Source: Myxococcota bacterium (lineage in GTDB: Bacteria; Myxococcota_A; UBA9160; SZUA-336). Taken from it: a stretch of 64,000 nt of DNA. The position numbers were made by a program, and so were the translations under genes. The notes below the pieces were generated by a model that saw nothing but the letters and a program-made list of their open reading frames with translations, was not told the origin of the DNA and did no database searches. The stretch spans positions 2,048,001 to 2,112,000 of the forward strand of contig CBDFGR010000003.1 in assembly GCA_965247115.1 (NCBI GenBank). Reading direction: 5' to 3'. This document shows, piece after piece, positions 10,251-21,293 of this stretch (positions within the stretch are counted from its first letter, which is position 1; every line of letters starts with the position of its first letter).

Positions 10251-10943
10251 TTGGTCCACGATCCCATCGAGGCGGTCCTGCTCGACATGGGCGGGGTGTT
10301 GATTCCAGAGGTAGCGACCTATGAGGCCGCGAGTCGCGACAGCCACCTGATCGAGGCGCTCCGAGAGCTCGACGTCGAGGATCCGGAAGCGTGCATCATG
10401 GACCGCGCTCAGCGGCTGCGCGAGGCCTATCGAGCGCTCGAGCCCGCGTGCACCCAGCCGGACATCGATGCGGTCTGGAGTGATACAGCGCCTCCCGTTC
10501 GGGCCTTGCTGCTGCAGGCGTTGCGTCGCCAGGAGACGCAGCGCCCTTACTCGTACTCCCGCGAGGTCGTGGCCGGGCTCGCGCGTCGCTACCGGCTCGG
10601 CCTCGTGTCGAACAACGTCATCCCCGGCGACCAGCACGCGCGAGCGCTGCACCGTGCCGGTGTGATCCAGCACATCGACTGCGCGCTCTGGTCCGCCAAC
10701 ACCGGCCGTCGAAAGCCCGACCCAACGATGATCCATGCGGTGCTCGAGCAGCTGCGGGTACCCCCCAGGCGAGCGATCTTCGTCGGAGACAAGCTGCGGA
10801 CCGATGTGGCCGCAGCACGGGCTGCCGGAGTGCGCTCCATCTACCTTCAGAGACGCGACTCCCCGAACGCCTCGGGGCCGCGACCGGACTTCAGACTGCG
10901 CGATCTCCGGGAGCTTCCGCTGCTACTCCGCCGCCTGCACTGA
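10251..10943 (+). CDS. HAD-superfamily hydrolase
   Basis: LLDMGGVL motif I, KPDP and FVGDKLRTD motifs. Confidence 0.85.
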   Translation: MVHDPIEAVLLDMGGVLIPEVATYEAASRDSHLIEALRELDVEDPEACIMDRAQRLREAYRALEPACTQPDIDAVWSDTAPPVRALLLQALRRQETQRPYSYSREVVAGLARRYRLGLVSNNVIPGDQHARALHRAGVIQHIDCALWSANTGRRKPDPTMIHAVLEQLRVPPRRAIFVGDKLRTDVAAARAAGVRSIYLQRRDSPNASGPRPDFRLRDLRELPLLLRRLH

Positions 10944-10987
10944 GCCCGCGCGAGGCGCGCTGGGTCTGGAGCCAGGCTCGGATCGCC

Positions 10988-11509
10988 TCAGTCGTCGTCC
11001 GGAGGCTCGACCACGAGCAGGAGCGCGTCGGCGTCGACCGTCCCGCCCTCGCTGGTGTTGATCTCCGTCACGACGCCGGCGACCGGGCTCTTGAGCTCGT
11101 TCTCCATCTTCATCGCCTCGATCACGACCAGCCCCTGATCTTCAAGGACGAAATCGCCCACCTTGACCAGGATCTTCACGACCTTGCCCGGGATGTGCGC
11201 CTTGAGCTCCTGGCGCCCCGTCAAGGTGGCTGCGGCCCCGGCCACGAGAACTTTGCGGCGCAGATCGATGACCGTGCAGCCGAAAGCGCTGGCGCCGACG
11301 TGAACGTCGAAGCTGCCGTCCTCCAGCTCGTCCACGCTCCCCTCGTACTGTCTCGACCCGATCAGGATCGAGTACACGGTCCGCGGGGTCTTCATCACGT
11401 CGAGGCGCACTGGGTCCCCACCATCGACGCTGACGTCGAACAGGTCGCCCCCGACGTCCTTTACCTCGACGCTGTGCGCGTCCTCCCCGATGGTGACCTC
11501 ATAGTGCAC
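10988..11509 (-). CDS. Biotin carboxyl carrier protein
   Basis: EAMKMENEL biotinylation motif. Confidence 0.9.
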   Translation of the reverse strand: MHYEVTIGEDAHSVEVKDVGGDLFDVSVDGGDPVRLDVMKTPRTVYSILIGSRQYEGSVDELEDGSFDVHVGASAFGCTVIDLRRKVLVAGAAATLTGRQELKAHIPGKVVKILVKVGDFVLEDQGLVVIEAMKMENELKSPVAGVVTEINTSEGGTVDADALLLVVEPPDDD

Positions 11510-11512
11510 GGC

Positions 11513-13039
11513 TCATCTCCGCAGCTGGCGCGCGCGGCCCGCCGCCTTCCAGGCGGAGACGCCTGGACCTCGAATCGACTCCGCGCGCGCGGCCCGTTCG
11601 CGATCGCGTCGGTAGGCCGCAACTCCCGCCAGCATCACACCGACCTCGCGCTCCTCCGCGTCGACCGGCGTGGTCATCGGGTCGTTCGGGAGAATCTCCG
11701 TCTCGATAAAGCTCGTATCGAAGTCCCCAGCGCGGAACTTCTCGTTGGTCATGACCTGCCGATGGAACGGGATCGACGTCTTGATGCCCTTGACCACGAA
11801 CTCCTTGAGGGCGCGCTCCATGCGCGCAATGGCCTCATCCCTGTCTCGGCCCCAGCACACGAGCTTGGAGACCATCGGATCGTAGTAAACGGGCACCACC
11901 GCGCCCGCAAACACGCCACTGTCGTTGCGCACCCCCGGCCCACCCGGCGGGCTGTAGACGAGGATCTCACCCGGCGACGGCCGGAAGTTCCGCTCCGGGT
12001 CCTCCGCGTAGATGCGACACTCGATCGCCCAGCCGTTGACGCCGACCTCGTCCTGGGAGATTCCGATCTCTGCCCCCGCGGCGATTCGAATCCCGGTCTT
12101 GACGATGTCAATGTTCGTGATCATCTCGGTCACGGGATGCTCGACCTGGATGCGCGTGTTCATCTCTAGGAAGTAGAAGCGGAACTGGTCGTCGACGAGG
12201 AACTCACAGGTGCCCGCACCCTCGTACCCGACGGCCTTTGCCGCGGCCACGGCGGCCTTGCCCATCTCTTCGCGCAGCGAAGCGGGCATCCGATTGGCTG
12301 GCGCCTCCTCGATCACTTTCTGGTGGCGCCGCTGGATCGAGCACTCGCGCTCGAACAGGTGGATGATGTTGCCGTGCGAGTCACCGAGGATCTGGATCTC
12401 GATGTGACGCGGCTGGTTTACGAACTTCTCCAGGTAGATCGAGTCGTCGCCGAAGGAAGCCCGGGCCTCCGAGCGCGCGCGTTTGATGCTCTGCTCGAGC
12501 TCACGCTCCTCGCGAACGAGCCGCATGCCCTTTCCCCCGCCGCCCGCGGAGGCCTTCACCATGACGGGGAACCCGATCTCTCGGGAGAACTTGATCGTCT
12601 CCTCGTCGCTCAGCCGCTCGGTCGTTCCCGGAACGATCGGCACGCCCGCGGCCTCCATCTTGCGTCGCGCCACGACCTTGTCCCCCATCTCCGCGATCGT
12701 CTCGGGACGAGGTCCGATGAACGTAATGCCCTCCTCGGCGCAGCGGCTGGCGAAGGCGGCGTTCTCGGAGAGAAAGCCGTAGCCCGGGTGGATCGCCTGC
12801 GCTCCCGAGTCCTTCGCGATCTCTACGAGCCGATCGACATTCAGGTAGCTCTGGGCCGCGGGCGCCGGCCCACAAGGGTGAGCCTCGTCGGCGTGCCGGA
12901 CGTGCAGCGCGTTGCGATCGGCCTCCGAGAAAACCGCGACCGAGGAGACGCCCAGCTCGCGGCAGGCGCGCATGATCCTGACTGCGATCTCCCCCCGATT
13001 CGCGACCAGTACCCTCTCGAAAGGGGGAGGAGCACTCAC
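11513..13039 (-). CDS. accC: Biotin carboxylase subunit of acyl-CoA carboxylase
   Basis: [27 protein letters not shown] and [14 protein letters not shown] motifs. Confidence 0.92.
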   Translation of the reverse strand: MSAPPPFERVLVANRGEIAVRIMRACRELGVSSVAVFSEADRNALHVRHADEAHPCGPAPAAQSYLNVDRLVEIAKDSGAQAIHPGYGFLSENAAFASRCAEEGITFIGPRPETIAEMGDKVVARRKMEAAGVPIVPGTTERLSDEETIKFSREIGFPVMVKASAGGGGKGMRLVREERELEQSIKRARSEARASFGDDSIYLEKFVNQPRHIEIQILGDSHGNIIHLFERECSIQRRHQKVIEEAPANRMPASLREEMGKAAVAAAKAVGYEGAGTCEFLVDDQFRFYFLEMNTRIQVEHPVTEMITNIDIVKTGIRIAAGAEIGISQDEVGVNGWAIECRIYAEDPERNFRPSPGEILVYSPPGGPGVRNDSGVFAGAVVPVYYDPMVSKLVCWGRDRDEAIARMERALKEFVVKGIKTSIPFHRQVMTNEKFRAGDFDTSFIETEILPNDPMTTPVDAEEREVGVMLAGVAAYRRDRERAARAESIRGPGVSAWKAAGRARQLRR

Positions 13040-14586
13040 AACGGGATGTTCCCGTGCTTCTTCGGTGGGTTCTCGTCGCGCTTGTTCTGCAACATCGCCA
13101 GCGACTCAATGATCCGGGGCCGCGTTTCCTCGGGGCGAATCACGTCGTCGATGTAGCCGAGCTCAGCGGCGCGGTAGGGGTTCGCAAAGCGTTCGCGGTA
13201 GTCCGCCTCGAGGCGCTTGCGTGCCTCCTCGGGGTCTTTGGCCTCTGCGATCTCATCGCGGAACACGATGTTCACCGCGCCGTCGGGTCCCATGACGGCG
13301 ATCTCGGCCTGCGGGTACGCAAAGCTGATGTCGCCGCGGATGTGCTTGGAGCTCATCACGTCGTAGGCGCCGCCGTACGCCTTGCGCGTGATGATTGTGA
13401 CCTTTGGCACGGTCGCCTCCGCGAACGCGTAGAGCAGCTTGGCTCCGTGCAGGATGACGCCGCCCAGCTCCTGGGCGACACCGGGCAAGTAGCCCGGGAC
13501 GTCGACGAACGTGACGAGAGGGATGTTGAAGGCATCACAGAAGCGAACGAAGCGGGCCGCCTTCTTCGCCGAGTCGATGTCCAGAGAGCCGGCACTGTAG
13601 GCCGGATTGTTGCCCACGATTCCCACGCTCCAGCCGCCAAAGCGCCCGAAGCCGATGATCATGTTTCGCGCGTAGTGCGCGTGAACCTCGAGGAAGATCC
13701 CGTCGTCCGTGACCAGCTCCACGAGCTCCTTCATGTTGTAGGGCTTGAGATGATCGACAGAGACCAGCGTGTTCAACCTGGGCTCGATCCGGTTCGGATC
13801 GTCGTCGGTGGGGACAAAAGGTGGATCTTCCTGGTTGTTCTGCGGGATGAAGCCGAGCAGGGCGCGGATCAGCTGGATGCACTCCTGGTCCGTCTCGGCC
13901 GCGAAGTGCGCAACGCCGCTCTTGGTGCTGTGCGTGGTCGCCCCGCCGAGATCTTCCTTCGTGACCTCCTCGTACGTCACGGTCTTGATCACATCAGGGC
14001 CCGTGATGAACATGTTGCTCGTGCCCTTCACCATGAGGATGAAGTCTGTGAGTGCGGGCGAGTACACCGCGCCGCCGGCGCAGGGACCCATGATGGCGGA
14101 GATCTGGGGGACGACGCCCGACTGCAGGATGTTGCGCAAGAAGATGTCCGCGTAGCCGGCAAGGGAGACCACGCCCTCCTGGATCCGCGCGCCACCGCAG
14201 TCGTTCAGCCCGATGAACGGCGCGCCGACCTTGGCCGCGTGATCCATGACCTTGCAGACCTTCTCGGCGAACGCACCCGAGAGGGAGCCCCCGAACACCG
14301 TGAAGTCGTGCGCGAACAGGAAGACGAGGCGTCCGTCGATCCGGGCGGTGCCGGTAACCACCCCGTCGCCGAGGATCTTCGTCTCCTCCATGCCAAAGTC
14401 GTGGGCGCGATGGGTCTTGAAGCGGTCGTACTCGCGAAACGTGCCGGGATCGACGAGCAGCTCGATCCGTTCGCGTGCGGTGAGCTTGCCCTGGGCGTGC
14501 TGCCGGTCGATGCGATCCTGGCCACCTCCGAGCTCGGACTGGGCGCGGAGCTCGTCCAGGTGCTTGAGCTTCTCCTCGATCGACAG
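13036..14586 (-). CDS. pccB: Acyl-CoA carboxylase carboxyltransferase (beta) subunit, probable CTG start
   Basis: [20 protein letters not shown] and KKHGNIPL motifs; the frame stays open upstream of ATG 14391 and encodes the conserved [16 protein letters not shown]. Confidence 0.88.
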   Translation of the reverse strand: MSIEEKLKHLDELRAQSELGGGQDRIDRQHAQGKLTARERIELLVDPGTFREYDRFKTHRAHDFGMEETKILGDGVVTGTARIDGRLVFLFAHDFTVFGGSLSGAFAEKVCKVMDHAAKVGAPFIGLNDCGGARIQEGVVSLAGYADIFLRNILQSGVVPQISAIMGPCAGGAVYSPALTDFILMVKGTSNMFITGPDVIKTVTYEEVTKEDLGGATTHSTKSGVAHFAAETDQECIQLIRALLGFIPQNNQEDPPFVPTDDDPNRIEPRLNTLVSVDHLKPYNMKELVELVTDDGIFLEVHAHYARNMIIGFGRFGGWSVGIVGNNPAYSAGSLDIDSAKKAARFVRFCDAFNIPLVTFVDVPGYLPGVAQELGGVILHGAKLLYAFAEATVPKVTIITRKAYGGAYDVMSSKHIRGDISFAYPQAEIAVMGPDGAVNIVFRDEIAEAKDPEEARKRLEADYRERFANPYRAAELGYIDDVIRPEETRPRIIESLAMLQNKRDENPPKKHGNIPL

Positions 14587-14588
14587 CG

Positions 14589-16850
14589 TTAGTACTCCTT
14601 CTGGGTCTGCAGCACCGTTACCGCCGTCATGTTGACGATGTCCTCGACCGTCGCCGTGGGCTGCAGCGAGTTTACGGGACTGCGCATCCCCATCATGATC
14701 GGGCCAACGACGCTTGCGTTGGCAGCGGCATCCATGAGCCTCACGCCGATGTGCGCCGCGTGGAGGTTCGGGAATACGAGCACGTTCGCCTCGCCCTCGA
14801 TCTCGGAGAAAGGAAAGCGCGTGGCGCGCTTGGTCGCATCGAGTGCAAGGTCGGCCTGCATCTCACCATCGATCTTGAGATCCGGCCACCGTTCCCGTGC
14901 AAGGCGGACGGCCTCCGCGGGCGGACTCGTCTCCTCGCCCCGGTAGCTGCCGTAGTTGGAGAAGGAGAGCACGCCGACCGTCGGATCGTAGCCCAGCCAC
15001 TCCGCCGTCGACGCAGCCATACCGGCGATCTCGGCCAGGGCCTCTGCATCCGGATCGATGTTGATCGCCGTATCCGCAAAGAACATCACCCGATCGCTCT
15101 GGATCACGAGCGAGACTCCGGCGGCGCGCCGGTGGCCCTCGGAGAGGCCGATGACTTCGAGGAAGGGAAGGATGGATGCGGGGTAGGACTTGGTGAGACC
15201 TGCGAGCAGACCGTGGGCGTCCCCCAGACGCACCATCATCACGCCGAAGTAGCTGCGGCGAGCCAGCAGCCGCTCTGCGTCGGGGACGGTCACTCCCTTG
15301 TGGCGCCGCAGCTGGAGGAGCTCCTTGCGGTAGTAAACGCTGCGATCGGAGCTCCGCGGATCGATCAGGGTCACGCCGTCGAGATCGACGCCGAGCTGTT
15401 TTGCGTTGCCCCGAATCTCGCTCTCGTCTCCCAGCAGGACGGGTTCGGCCAGCTCCTCCTCGCGCAGGATCTCGATCGCGCGCAGCACCCGCTCTTCGCT
15501 TCCCTCCGGAAAGACCACGCGCTTGAGCTGCTGGCTCTTCGCCGTGTTCATCACGGTGCGCATGACCTGGCGCGTAACGCCACGATAGCGCTCGAGCTGG
15601 TTGCGGTACTCGTCGATGTCGAGCTCGATGCGTGCGACTCCCGTCTCCATCGCGGCCTGAGCGACCGCGCTCGCCTCGTAGATGAGTACGCGAGGATCGA
15701 AGGGTTTCGGGATGATGTACTTCGGTCCGAACTCGAAGCGCTCGCCAGGATACGCCTGGCGTACCTCTTCGGGCAGCCCCTGCTCGCCCTGCTTCGCCAG
15801 CTCCGCCAGCGCGCTCACGGCCGCGAGCTTCATCTCGGTATTGATCTTGCGGGCGCGCACGTCGAGGGCCGCCCGGAAGATGAACGGGAAGCCGAGCACG
15901 TTGTTGACCTGGTTCGGGTAGTCCGAGCGCCCCGTAGCCATGATCGCGTCCTCCCGCACCTCGGCCACGTCGGCAGGAGAGATTTCCGGGTCGGGATTGG
16001 CCATCGCAAAGATCAGCGGCCGATCGGCCATCGAGCGCACCATCTCCTGCGTTACGAGACCCGCCGCACTGACGCCAATGAAGGCGTCGGCACCGCGCAT
16101 CGCGTCCTCGAGAGTGCGCGCATCGGTCTCGACGGCCAGGCGCTCCTTGTAGGGATTCATGCCCTCGATGCGACCGGTGTAGATCACGCCGCGGCTGTCC
16201 ACCATCAGCATGTTCTCGCGCTTTACGCCGAGCTCGAGGTACAGCTCGGCGCAGGCGACGCCCGCGGCGCCGGCGCCGGCAAAGACGACCTTGCAGTCCT
16301 CGATGCTGCGCTCCGTCAGCTCGAGAGCATTGAGAAAGGCCGCGGCGGAGATGATGGCCGTGCCGTGCTGGTCGTCGTGAAACACCGGGATGTCGAGGGC
16401 CTCGATCAGCGCCTCCTCGATGTAGAAGCAGTCCGGGGCGCGGATGTCCTCCAGGTTGATCCCGCCAAAGGTCGGCTCGAGCAGCTTGCAGGCCAGGATC
16501 ATCTCGTCCGGGTCTTCCGTATCGAGCTCGATGTCGAAGACGTCGACGCCAGCAAAGCGCTTGAACAGGACGCCCTTGCCCTCCATCACGGGCTTGCCCG
16601 CGAGGGCGCCGATGTTGCCCAGACCGAGCACCGCAGTCCCGTTCGTCACGACGGCGACGAGATTCGACCGCGCCGTATAGCGGAACACCTCGTCCGGCAT
16701 GCGGTGGATCTCGCGACAGGGCTCCGCCACGCCGGGCGTATAGGCGAGCGAGAGGTCGCGAGCGGTGACCGCACGCTTTGTCGGAACGACCTCGATCTTT
16801 CCGGCCTTTCCCTTACTATGATAGTCGAGTGCGTCTTGCTTGCTGATCAC
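14589..16850 (-). CDS. maeB: NADP-dependent malic enzyme with C-terminal phosphotransacetylase-like domain
   Basis: [18 protein letters not shown] and [12 protein letters not shown] motifs, plus a PTA-like VVFPEG/DGEMQAD domain. Confidence 0.93.
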   Translation of the reverse strand: MISKQDALDYHSKGKAGKIEVVPTKRAVTARDLSLAYTPGVAEPCREIHRMPDEVFRYTARSNLVAVVTNGTAVLGLGNIGALAGKPVMEGKGVLFKRFAGVDVFDIELDTEDPDEMILACKLLEPTFGGINLEDIRAPDCFYIEEALIEALDIPVFHDDQHGTAIISAAAFLNALELTERSIEDCKVVFAGAGAAGVACAELYLELGVKRENMLMVDSRGVIYTGRIEGMNPYKERLAVETDARTLEDAMRGADAFIGVSAAGLVTQEMVRSMADRPLIFAMANPDPEISPADVAEVREDAIMATGRSDYPNQVNNVLGFPFIFRAALDVRARKINTEMKLAAVSALAELAKQGEQGLPEEVRQAYPGERFEFGPKYIIPKPFDPRVLIYEASAVAQAAMETGVARIELDIDEYRNQLERYRGVTRQVMRTVMNTAKSQQLKRVVFPEGSEERVLRAIEILREEELAEPVLLGDESEIRGNAKQLGVDLDGVTLIDPRSSDRSVYYRKELLQLRRHKGVTVPDAERLLARRSYFGVMMVRLGDAHGLLAGLTKSYPASILPFLEVIGLSEGHRRAAGVSLVIQSDRVMFFADTAINIDPDAEALAEIAGMAASTAEWLGYDPTVGVLSFSNYGSYRGEETSPPAEAVRLARERWPDLKIDGEMQADLALDATKRATRFPFSEIEGEANVLVFPNLHAAHIGVRLMDAAANASVVGPIMMGMRSPVNSLQPTATVEDIVNMTAVTVLQTQKEY

Positions 16851-17033
16851 GTCAGATCCTTTGTCGAGTCGAAAGCGACGAGAGAACGAGACCTCTCTGA
16901 TCTCCGCGCGGGTCGCCAGAGCTTATCAGAGCGCCGCCACCGGTGTCCTAGGCGTGCGCTGCTTCAGCCGCCCGACTGAAAGTGCTCTGGCGAGTGCGTA
17001 GGTGGCGTGGACGAGTCCCTGCCAGAGGCTGCG

Positions 17034-17681
17034 CTACCTCTCTTTGATCTTCTCCCAGTCTGCCAGGAAGCGCTCGATCCCGATGTCGGTCAGGGGATGT
17101 TTGGTCAGTGCCTGCAGCACTGACAACGGCATGGTTGTGATGTCGGCGCCGATGCGAGCGGCGTCGACCACGTGTGTCGGGCTGCGCACGCTCGCGACGA
17201 GCACCTCGGTCTCGATCTCGTAGTTCGAGAAGATCTGACAGATCTGCTCGACGAGCTCCATTCCGACCTGCTGGATGTCGTCGAGCCTGCCCACGAAGGG
17301 CGAGACCATGGCGGCGCCAGCCTTGGCCGCCATCAGTGCTTGAATCGGACTGAAGATGAGCGTGCAGTTACAAGCGATGCTCTGATCGGCCAGGATGCGG
17401 ATCGCTTTCAGCCCCTCCGTCGACATCGGGATCTTGACCACGATGTTGGAGGCGACCTTGGACCACTCGAGACCCTCGCGGACCATACCCTGCGCGTCGA
17501 GGCTGACGACCTCGGCACTGATCGGACCGTCGCAGATCTTCGCGATCTCGCGCACGACCTCCCGCGGATCGCCGTCTTCTTTCGAGAGCAAGCTCGGGTT
17601 GGTCGTCACGCCATCCAACAGGCCCAGCGCCGCGGCTTCTCGAATGTCGGGTACGTGGGCGGTGTCGAGAAAGAACTTCAT
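17034..17681 (-). CDS. tal: Transaldolase / fructose-6-phosphate aldolase (short type)
   Basis: [21 protein letters not shown] and SPFVGRLDD motifs. Confidence 0.88.
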   Translation of the reverse strand: MKFFLDTAHVPDIREAAALGLLDGVTTNPSLLSKEDGDPREVVREIAKICDGPISAEVVSLDAQGMVREGLEWSKVASNIVVKIPMSTEGLKAIRILADQSIACNCTLIFSPIQALMAAKAGAAMVSPFVGRLDDIQQVGMELVEQICQIFSNYEIETEVLVASVRSPTHVVDAARIGADITTMPLSVLQALTKHPLTDIGIERFLADWEKIKER

Positions 17682-18244
17682 TGTCCGATGACCTCCGGGC
17701 GAGCACGTCGCCCCTGGCGAAATCGTCGCCCTGCTCCAGCTTCGCCCGCACGGTGCGAGGCGTCAGCGGAGATTCTCTCACTGCGTAGGGGATCGTCAAG
17801 GTCCCGGAGCAGCTCGTGGGCGCGTTTGCCGCTGCGCGGATCTCGCAGCTCCGGGGCGATCTCGACGAGGGGCTCCAGCACGAAGCGCCGGGTGTGAAAG
17901 CGCGGATGGGGCAGGCTGAGCTCGGGGCTCTCGAGAACGGTCGAGCCGAACAGCAACAGGTCGAGATCGAGTTCGCGCGGCCCCCAGCGGGGTCCTCCCA
18001 CCTTCCGCCCGGCGGCCCGCTCGAGCGCCTGTAGGTGCCGGAGCAGCTCGCGCGGCCCCAGCTCACACTCCACGCGAGCCACCGCATTCACGAACCAGGG
18101 CTGATCGCGCCGCCCCTGCGGCTCGGTCCTGTACAGCGACGACGCGTTCACTGGACCGAATGCCAGGAGAGACCTGATCGCCGCGCCCACTGCCCGCTCC
18201 GGGTCGCCCTTGTTCGCGCCGATCCCCACCCAGGCCGTCGTCAT
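17678..18244 (-). CDS. folK: 2-amino-4-hydroxy-6-hydroxymethyldihydropteridine diphosphokinase
   Basis: [18 protein letters not shown] and LPHPR..R.FVL.PL motifs. Confidence 0.92.
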   Translation of the reverse strand: MTTAWVGIGANKGDPERAVGAAIRSLLAFGPVNASSLYRTEPQGRRDQPWFVNAVARVECELGPRELLRHLQALERAAGRKVGGPRWGPRELDLDLLLFGSTVLESPELSLPHPRFHTRRFVLEPLVEIAPELRDPRSGKRAHELLRDLDDPLRSERISADASHRAGEAGAGRRFRQGRRARPEVIGQ

Positions 18245-18768
18245 CAGCCGTCGCTCTCGCCTGGGACCTTCTCGTCCGCTGGCTGGCTCAGCATCTCCAG
18301 CAGGAGCAGGCCCACACCCACCACGATCGCGCTGTCGGCGACGTTGAAGTCAGGGAAGACAAAGAGCCGGAGGTCGAACTGCAGAAAGTCGACCACCTCG
18401 CCCCGCGTAAGGCGGTCGATCAGATTGCCGAGGGCGCCAGCCAGAATGAGACCGAGCGAGAGCGCCTGGCGCTGATCGTCAGCTTCCAGGCTGCGGTAGA
18501 AGGACCCGATCAGCCACAACGCCGCGACCGTGAGCAGGACGAAGACCCAGACCGGAAGCTCCTGGGCCAGCCCGAATACTGCTCCCGGGTTCCTGGCATG
18601 GGTGATCTTCAGGAGACCGTCGATGACCGTGATCGGCTCCCAGGGCGACACGTTGGTGGCGACCCAGTACTTCGTGAGCTGATCGAGTGGAACGATCACC
18701 GCGAGCACGGCGGCGAGGGTGCAGAGCTTGGGTGTGGGCGAGAGCGCGCTGCGAATTCCTTCCGGCAC
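18244..18768 (-). CDS. lspA: Lipoprotein signal peptidase II (start approximate)
   Basis: DQLTK, NPGAVFG, GALGNLIDR, VVDF and FNVADS motifs. Confidence 0.9.
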   Translation of the reverse strand: MPEGIRSALSPTPKLCTLAAVLAVIVPLDQLTKYWVATNVSPWEPITVIDGLLKITHARNPGAVFGLAQELPVWVFVLLTVAALWLIGSFYRSLEADDQRQALSLGLILAGALGNLIDRLTRGEVVDFLQFDLRLFVFPDFNVADSAIVVGVGLLLLEMLSQPADEKVPGESDG

Positions 18769-18877
18769 AGCCTGATGGTAGTTCCGCCGGGAAGCGCTCG
18801 CACATGGCCTCCCTTGCGGCTCCCCAGCCACCCGGGCATCCTCGCTCCCGGCCTCAATCCGGGCCAGGGGCGCGCGC

Positions 18878-20302
18878 ATGGCCGAAGCGAAGACATCCCC
18901 GACCTGGGGCGGGCGCTTCGAGAAGGGCGCCGACCCGAAGCTCGAGAGCTTCGGGAGCTCCACCGGGTTCGACGTGAAGCTCGCGCGGCACGAGATCCGC
19001 GCCAGCCAGGCCCACGCGCGCATGCTCGGCCAGCAGGGCATTCTCTCCGCCGAGGAGGCCCAGGAGCTGGTGAAAGGGCTCGCGCAGGTCGGCGCGGAGC
19101 TGGCAGACGGCGCGCTCCAGCTCGATCCGGCCCTGGAGGACATCCACATGAATGTGGAGCGACGCCTGGGTGAGCTCGTGGGGAGTGTCGCGGGCAAGCT
19201 CCACTCCGGGCGCAGTCGCAACGACCAGGTAGCCACCGCGTTCGCGCTGTGGATGCGCGAGGGCATCACGGGGACGCGAGCGGCCCTGCTGGACCTGCGG
19301 GCTGCACTCGTCGAGCGAGCGGCCAGCGAGATCGAGGTCGTGCTGCCGGGCTACACGCACCTGCAACGGGCGCAGCCGGTACGGCTCTCGCACCACTGGC
19401 TGGCTCACTTCGAGGCGCTCACGCGGGACGACGGACGCCTGGCGGACGCGCGGGCGCGCATTTCCACCTCACCGCTCGGCTCCGGTGCGCTGGCGGGGAC
19501 CACGCTTCCCATCGACCGCGAGAGCACTGCAGAGTCGCTCGGCTTCGCGGGCCCGGCGCGGAACAGCCTCGATGCGGTTTCCGCACGCGACGCCGCCCTG
19601 GAGCTCCTGGCCGTGCTGGGAATCCTGATGGTCCACCTGTCTCGAATCTGCGAAGAGCTGGTGCTCTGGAGCACGTCGGAATTCGGGTTCGTCGAGCTCG
19701 ACGACGCCTTCAGCACCGGCTCGAGCCTGATGCCCCAGAAGAAGAACCCGGACGTGCCCGAGCTGGTGCGGGGGAAGTCCGGCCGCGTGGTCGGCGATCT
19801 GGTCAGCCTGCTGATGACCGTGAAAGGGCTGCCGCTGGCCTACAACCGCGATCTGCAGGAAGACAAGGAGCCGGTATTCGACGCGGTCGAGACCGCGACC
19901 GCGTGCCTCGACATCCTGGCCGCGACTCTGCGGACGCTGCGCGTGCGCTCCGAAGTCATGCTGGAGGCCGCCTCCGACGGCATGCTGCTGGCGACCGACC
20001 TGGCAGAGCACCTGGTGGAGCGGGGGGTTCCGTTCCGCGAGGCGCACGGGATCGTTGGGGGCGTGGTCAAGCACGCGCTCGAGTCCGGGCAACCGCTGTC
20101 GGAGCTCAGCCAAGCTACGCTCGTGGGGATCCATCCGGCGCTGGATATCGAGCCCAGCGCCTTCTTCTCCGTCGAGCGCTCCATCGAGGCGCGGCGTGCT
20201 CCCGGGAGCCCGGCGCGTCACAACGTCCTGCGCAGCCTCGAAGAGGCCAGGTCCCAGCTCGAGCAGACCCGGGCCGAGCTCGTCTCCACGGAGCCGGCAT
20301 GA
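18878..20302 (+). CDS. argH: Argininosuccinate lyase
   Basis: WGGRF, RSRNDQ, PGYTHLQRAQP and GSSLMPQKKNPD motifs. Confidence 0.95.
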   Translation: MAEAKTSPTWGGRFEKGADPKLESFGSSTGFDVKLARHEIRASQAHARMLGQQGILSAEEAQELVKGLAQVGAELADGALQLDPALEDIHMNVERRLGELVGSVAGKLHSGRSRNDQVATAFALWMREGITGTRAALLDLRAALVERAASEIEVVLPGYTHLQRAQPVRLSHHWLAHFEALTRDDGRLADARARISTSPLGSGALAGTTLPIDRESTAESLGFAGPARNSLDAVSARDAALELLAVLGILMVHLSRICEELVLWSTSEFGFVELDDAFSTGSSLMPQKKNPDVPELVRGKSGRVVGDLVSLLMTVKGLPLAYNRDLQEDKEPVFDAVETATACLDILAATLRTLRVRSEVMLEAASDGMLLATDLAEHLVERGVPFREAHGIVGGVVKHALESGQPLSELSQATLVGIHPALDIEPSAFFSVERSIEARRAPGSPARHNVLRSLEEARSQLEQTRAELVSTEPA

Positions 20303-20451
20303 GGCGCCCGCTCACGCTCCTCCTGGCCCTTGCCCTGTGCCTGCTCGCCTGCGGGCACTACGGTCCCGCGAAGCGACCGGGTCTCCAGCCGACCCCGGCA
20401 TCGGACGCCTCGGAAACGGACGAGTCCGAGGAGACGGAGAAGAGCGAGTGA
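20299..20451 (+). CDS. Small lipoprotein, LptM/YifL/LppL-like
   Basis: MRRPLTLLLALALCLLA-CGHYGP lipobox; overlaps the argH stop (ATGA) and the dapF start (GTGA). Confidence 0.7.
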   Translation: MRRPLTLLLALALCLLACGHYGPAKRPGLQPTPASDASETDESEETEKSE

Positions 20452-21293
20452 CCGCCACGAGGAAGCTTCCGTTCGCCAAGATGCACGGCGCGGGCAACGA
20501 CTTCGTCGTCATCGACTGCACGAACGGAGATCTCGGCCTTGACTGGTCCGAGTTCGCACGCACCGCCCTGGATCGACGCTTCGGCATCGGCGGCGACCAG
20601 CTCCTGCTCTGTCAGCCCTCAGGCGAGGCGGATTTTTTCATGGGCATTCGCAACCCCGACGGCAGCACGGCCGAGATGTGCGCGAACGGCATCCGCGCCT
20701 TCCTGAAGTACGTGCGCGACCGGGGACTGGACAGCCGCGATCAGATCCGTGTCGAGACGCTGGCCGGCATTGTGACGCCGCGCTGGCTGGGAGACGACCA
20801 GGTGGAGGTCGAGATGCCCCCGCCGGAGCTCCGGCCCAAGCGCATCCCCGCGGAGCTCGGCGGGGAGGGTCCCCTCGTGGAGGTCCCGCTGCAGCTCGAG
20901 AGCCAGCGCCTGCTCGTCAGCGCCGTCTCGATGGGAAATCCGCACTGCGTGATCTTCGTCGACGACCCTGAGAGCACGCCCGTCGAGCAGATCGGACCGC
21001 AGATCGAGAGCCACCCTGCGTTCCCCAAGCGCACGAACGTGGAGTTCGTGGCGCTGCGCTCGCGCAGCCTGCTCGAGCAGCGCACGTGGGAGCGAGGAAC
21101 GGGCGAGACGCTCGCCTGCGGCAGCGGGGCGTGTGCGAGCTGTGTCGCTGCGGTCCTTGCCGGAAAGAGCGAGAGGGATGTTCAAATCCGCCTCCGAGGC
21201 GGTACGCTACGGGTACGCTGGCCCGAGGACGACGGACCGGTCTGGCTCACGGGACCCGCGGCACACATCTTTAGTGGGGAGATCGAGATCTGA
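20448..21293 (+). CDS. dapF: Diaminopimelate epimerase
   Basis: KMHGAGNDF, EMCANG, SMGNPH and ERGTGETLACGSG motifs; GTG at 20448. Confidence 0.95.
   Translation: MTATRKLPFAKMHGAGNDFVVIDCTNGDLGLDWSEFARTALDRRFGIGGDQLLLCQPSGEADFFMGIRNPDGSTAEMCANGIRAFLKYVRDRGLDSRDQIRVETLAGIVTPRWLGDDQVEVEMPPPELRPKRIPAELGGEGPLVEVPLQLESQRLLVSAVSMGNPHCVIFVDDPESTPVEQIGPQIESHPAFPKRTNVEFVALRSRSLLEQRTWERGTGETLACGSGACASCVAAVLAGKSERDVQIRLRGGTLRVRWPEDDGPVWLTGPAAHIFSGEIEI

Noticed and set aside
14751..16979. Long antisense ORFs (e.g. 742 aa opposite maeB, 512 aa opposite pccB, 507 aa opposite atpD)
   Set aside because: Shadow ORFs expected from high-GC codon bias; they fully overlap well-supported genes and carry no motifs
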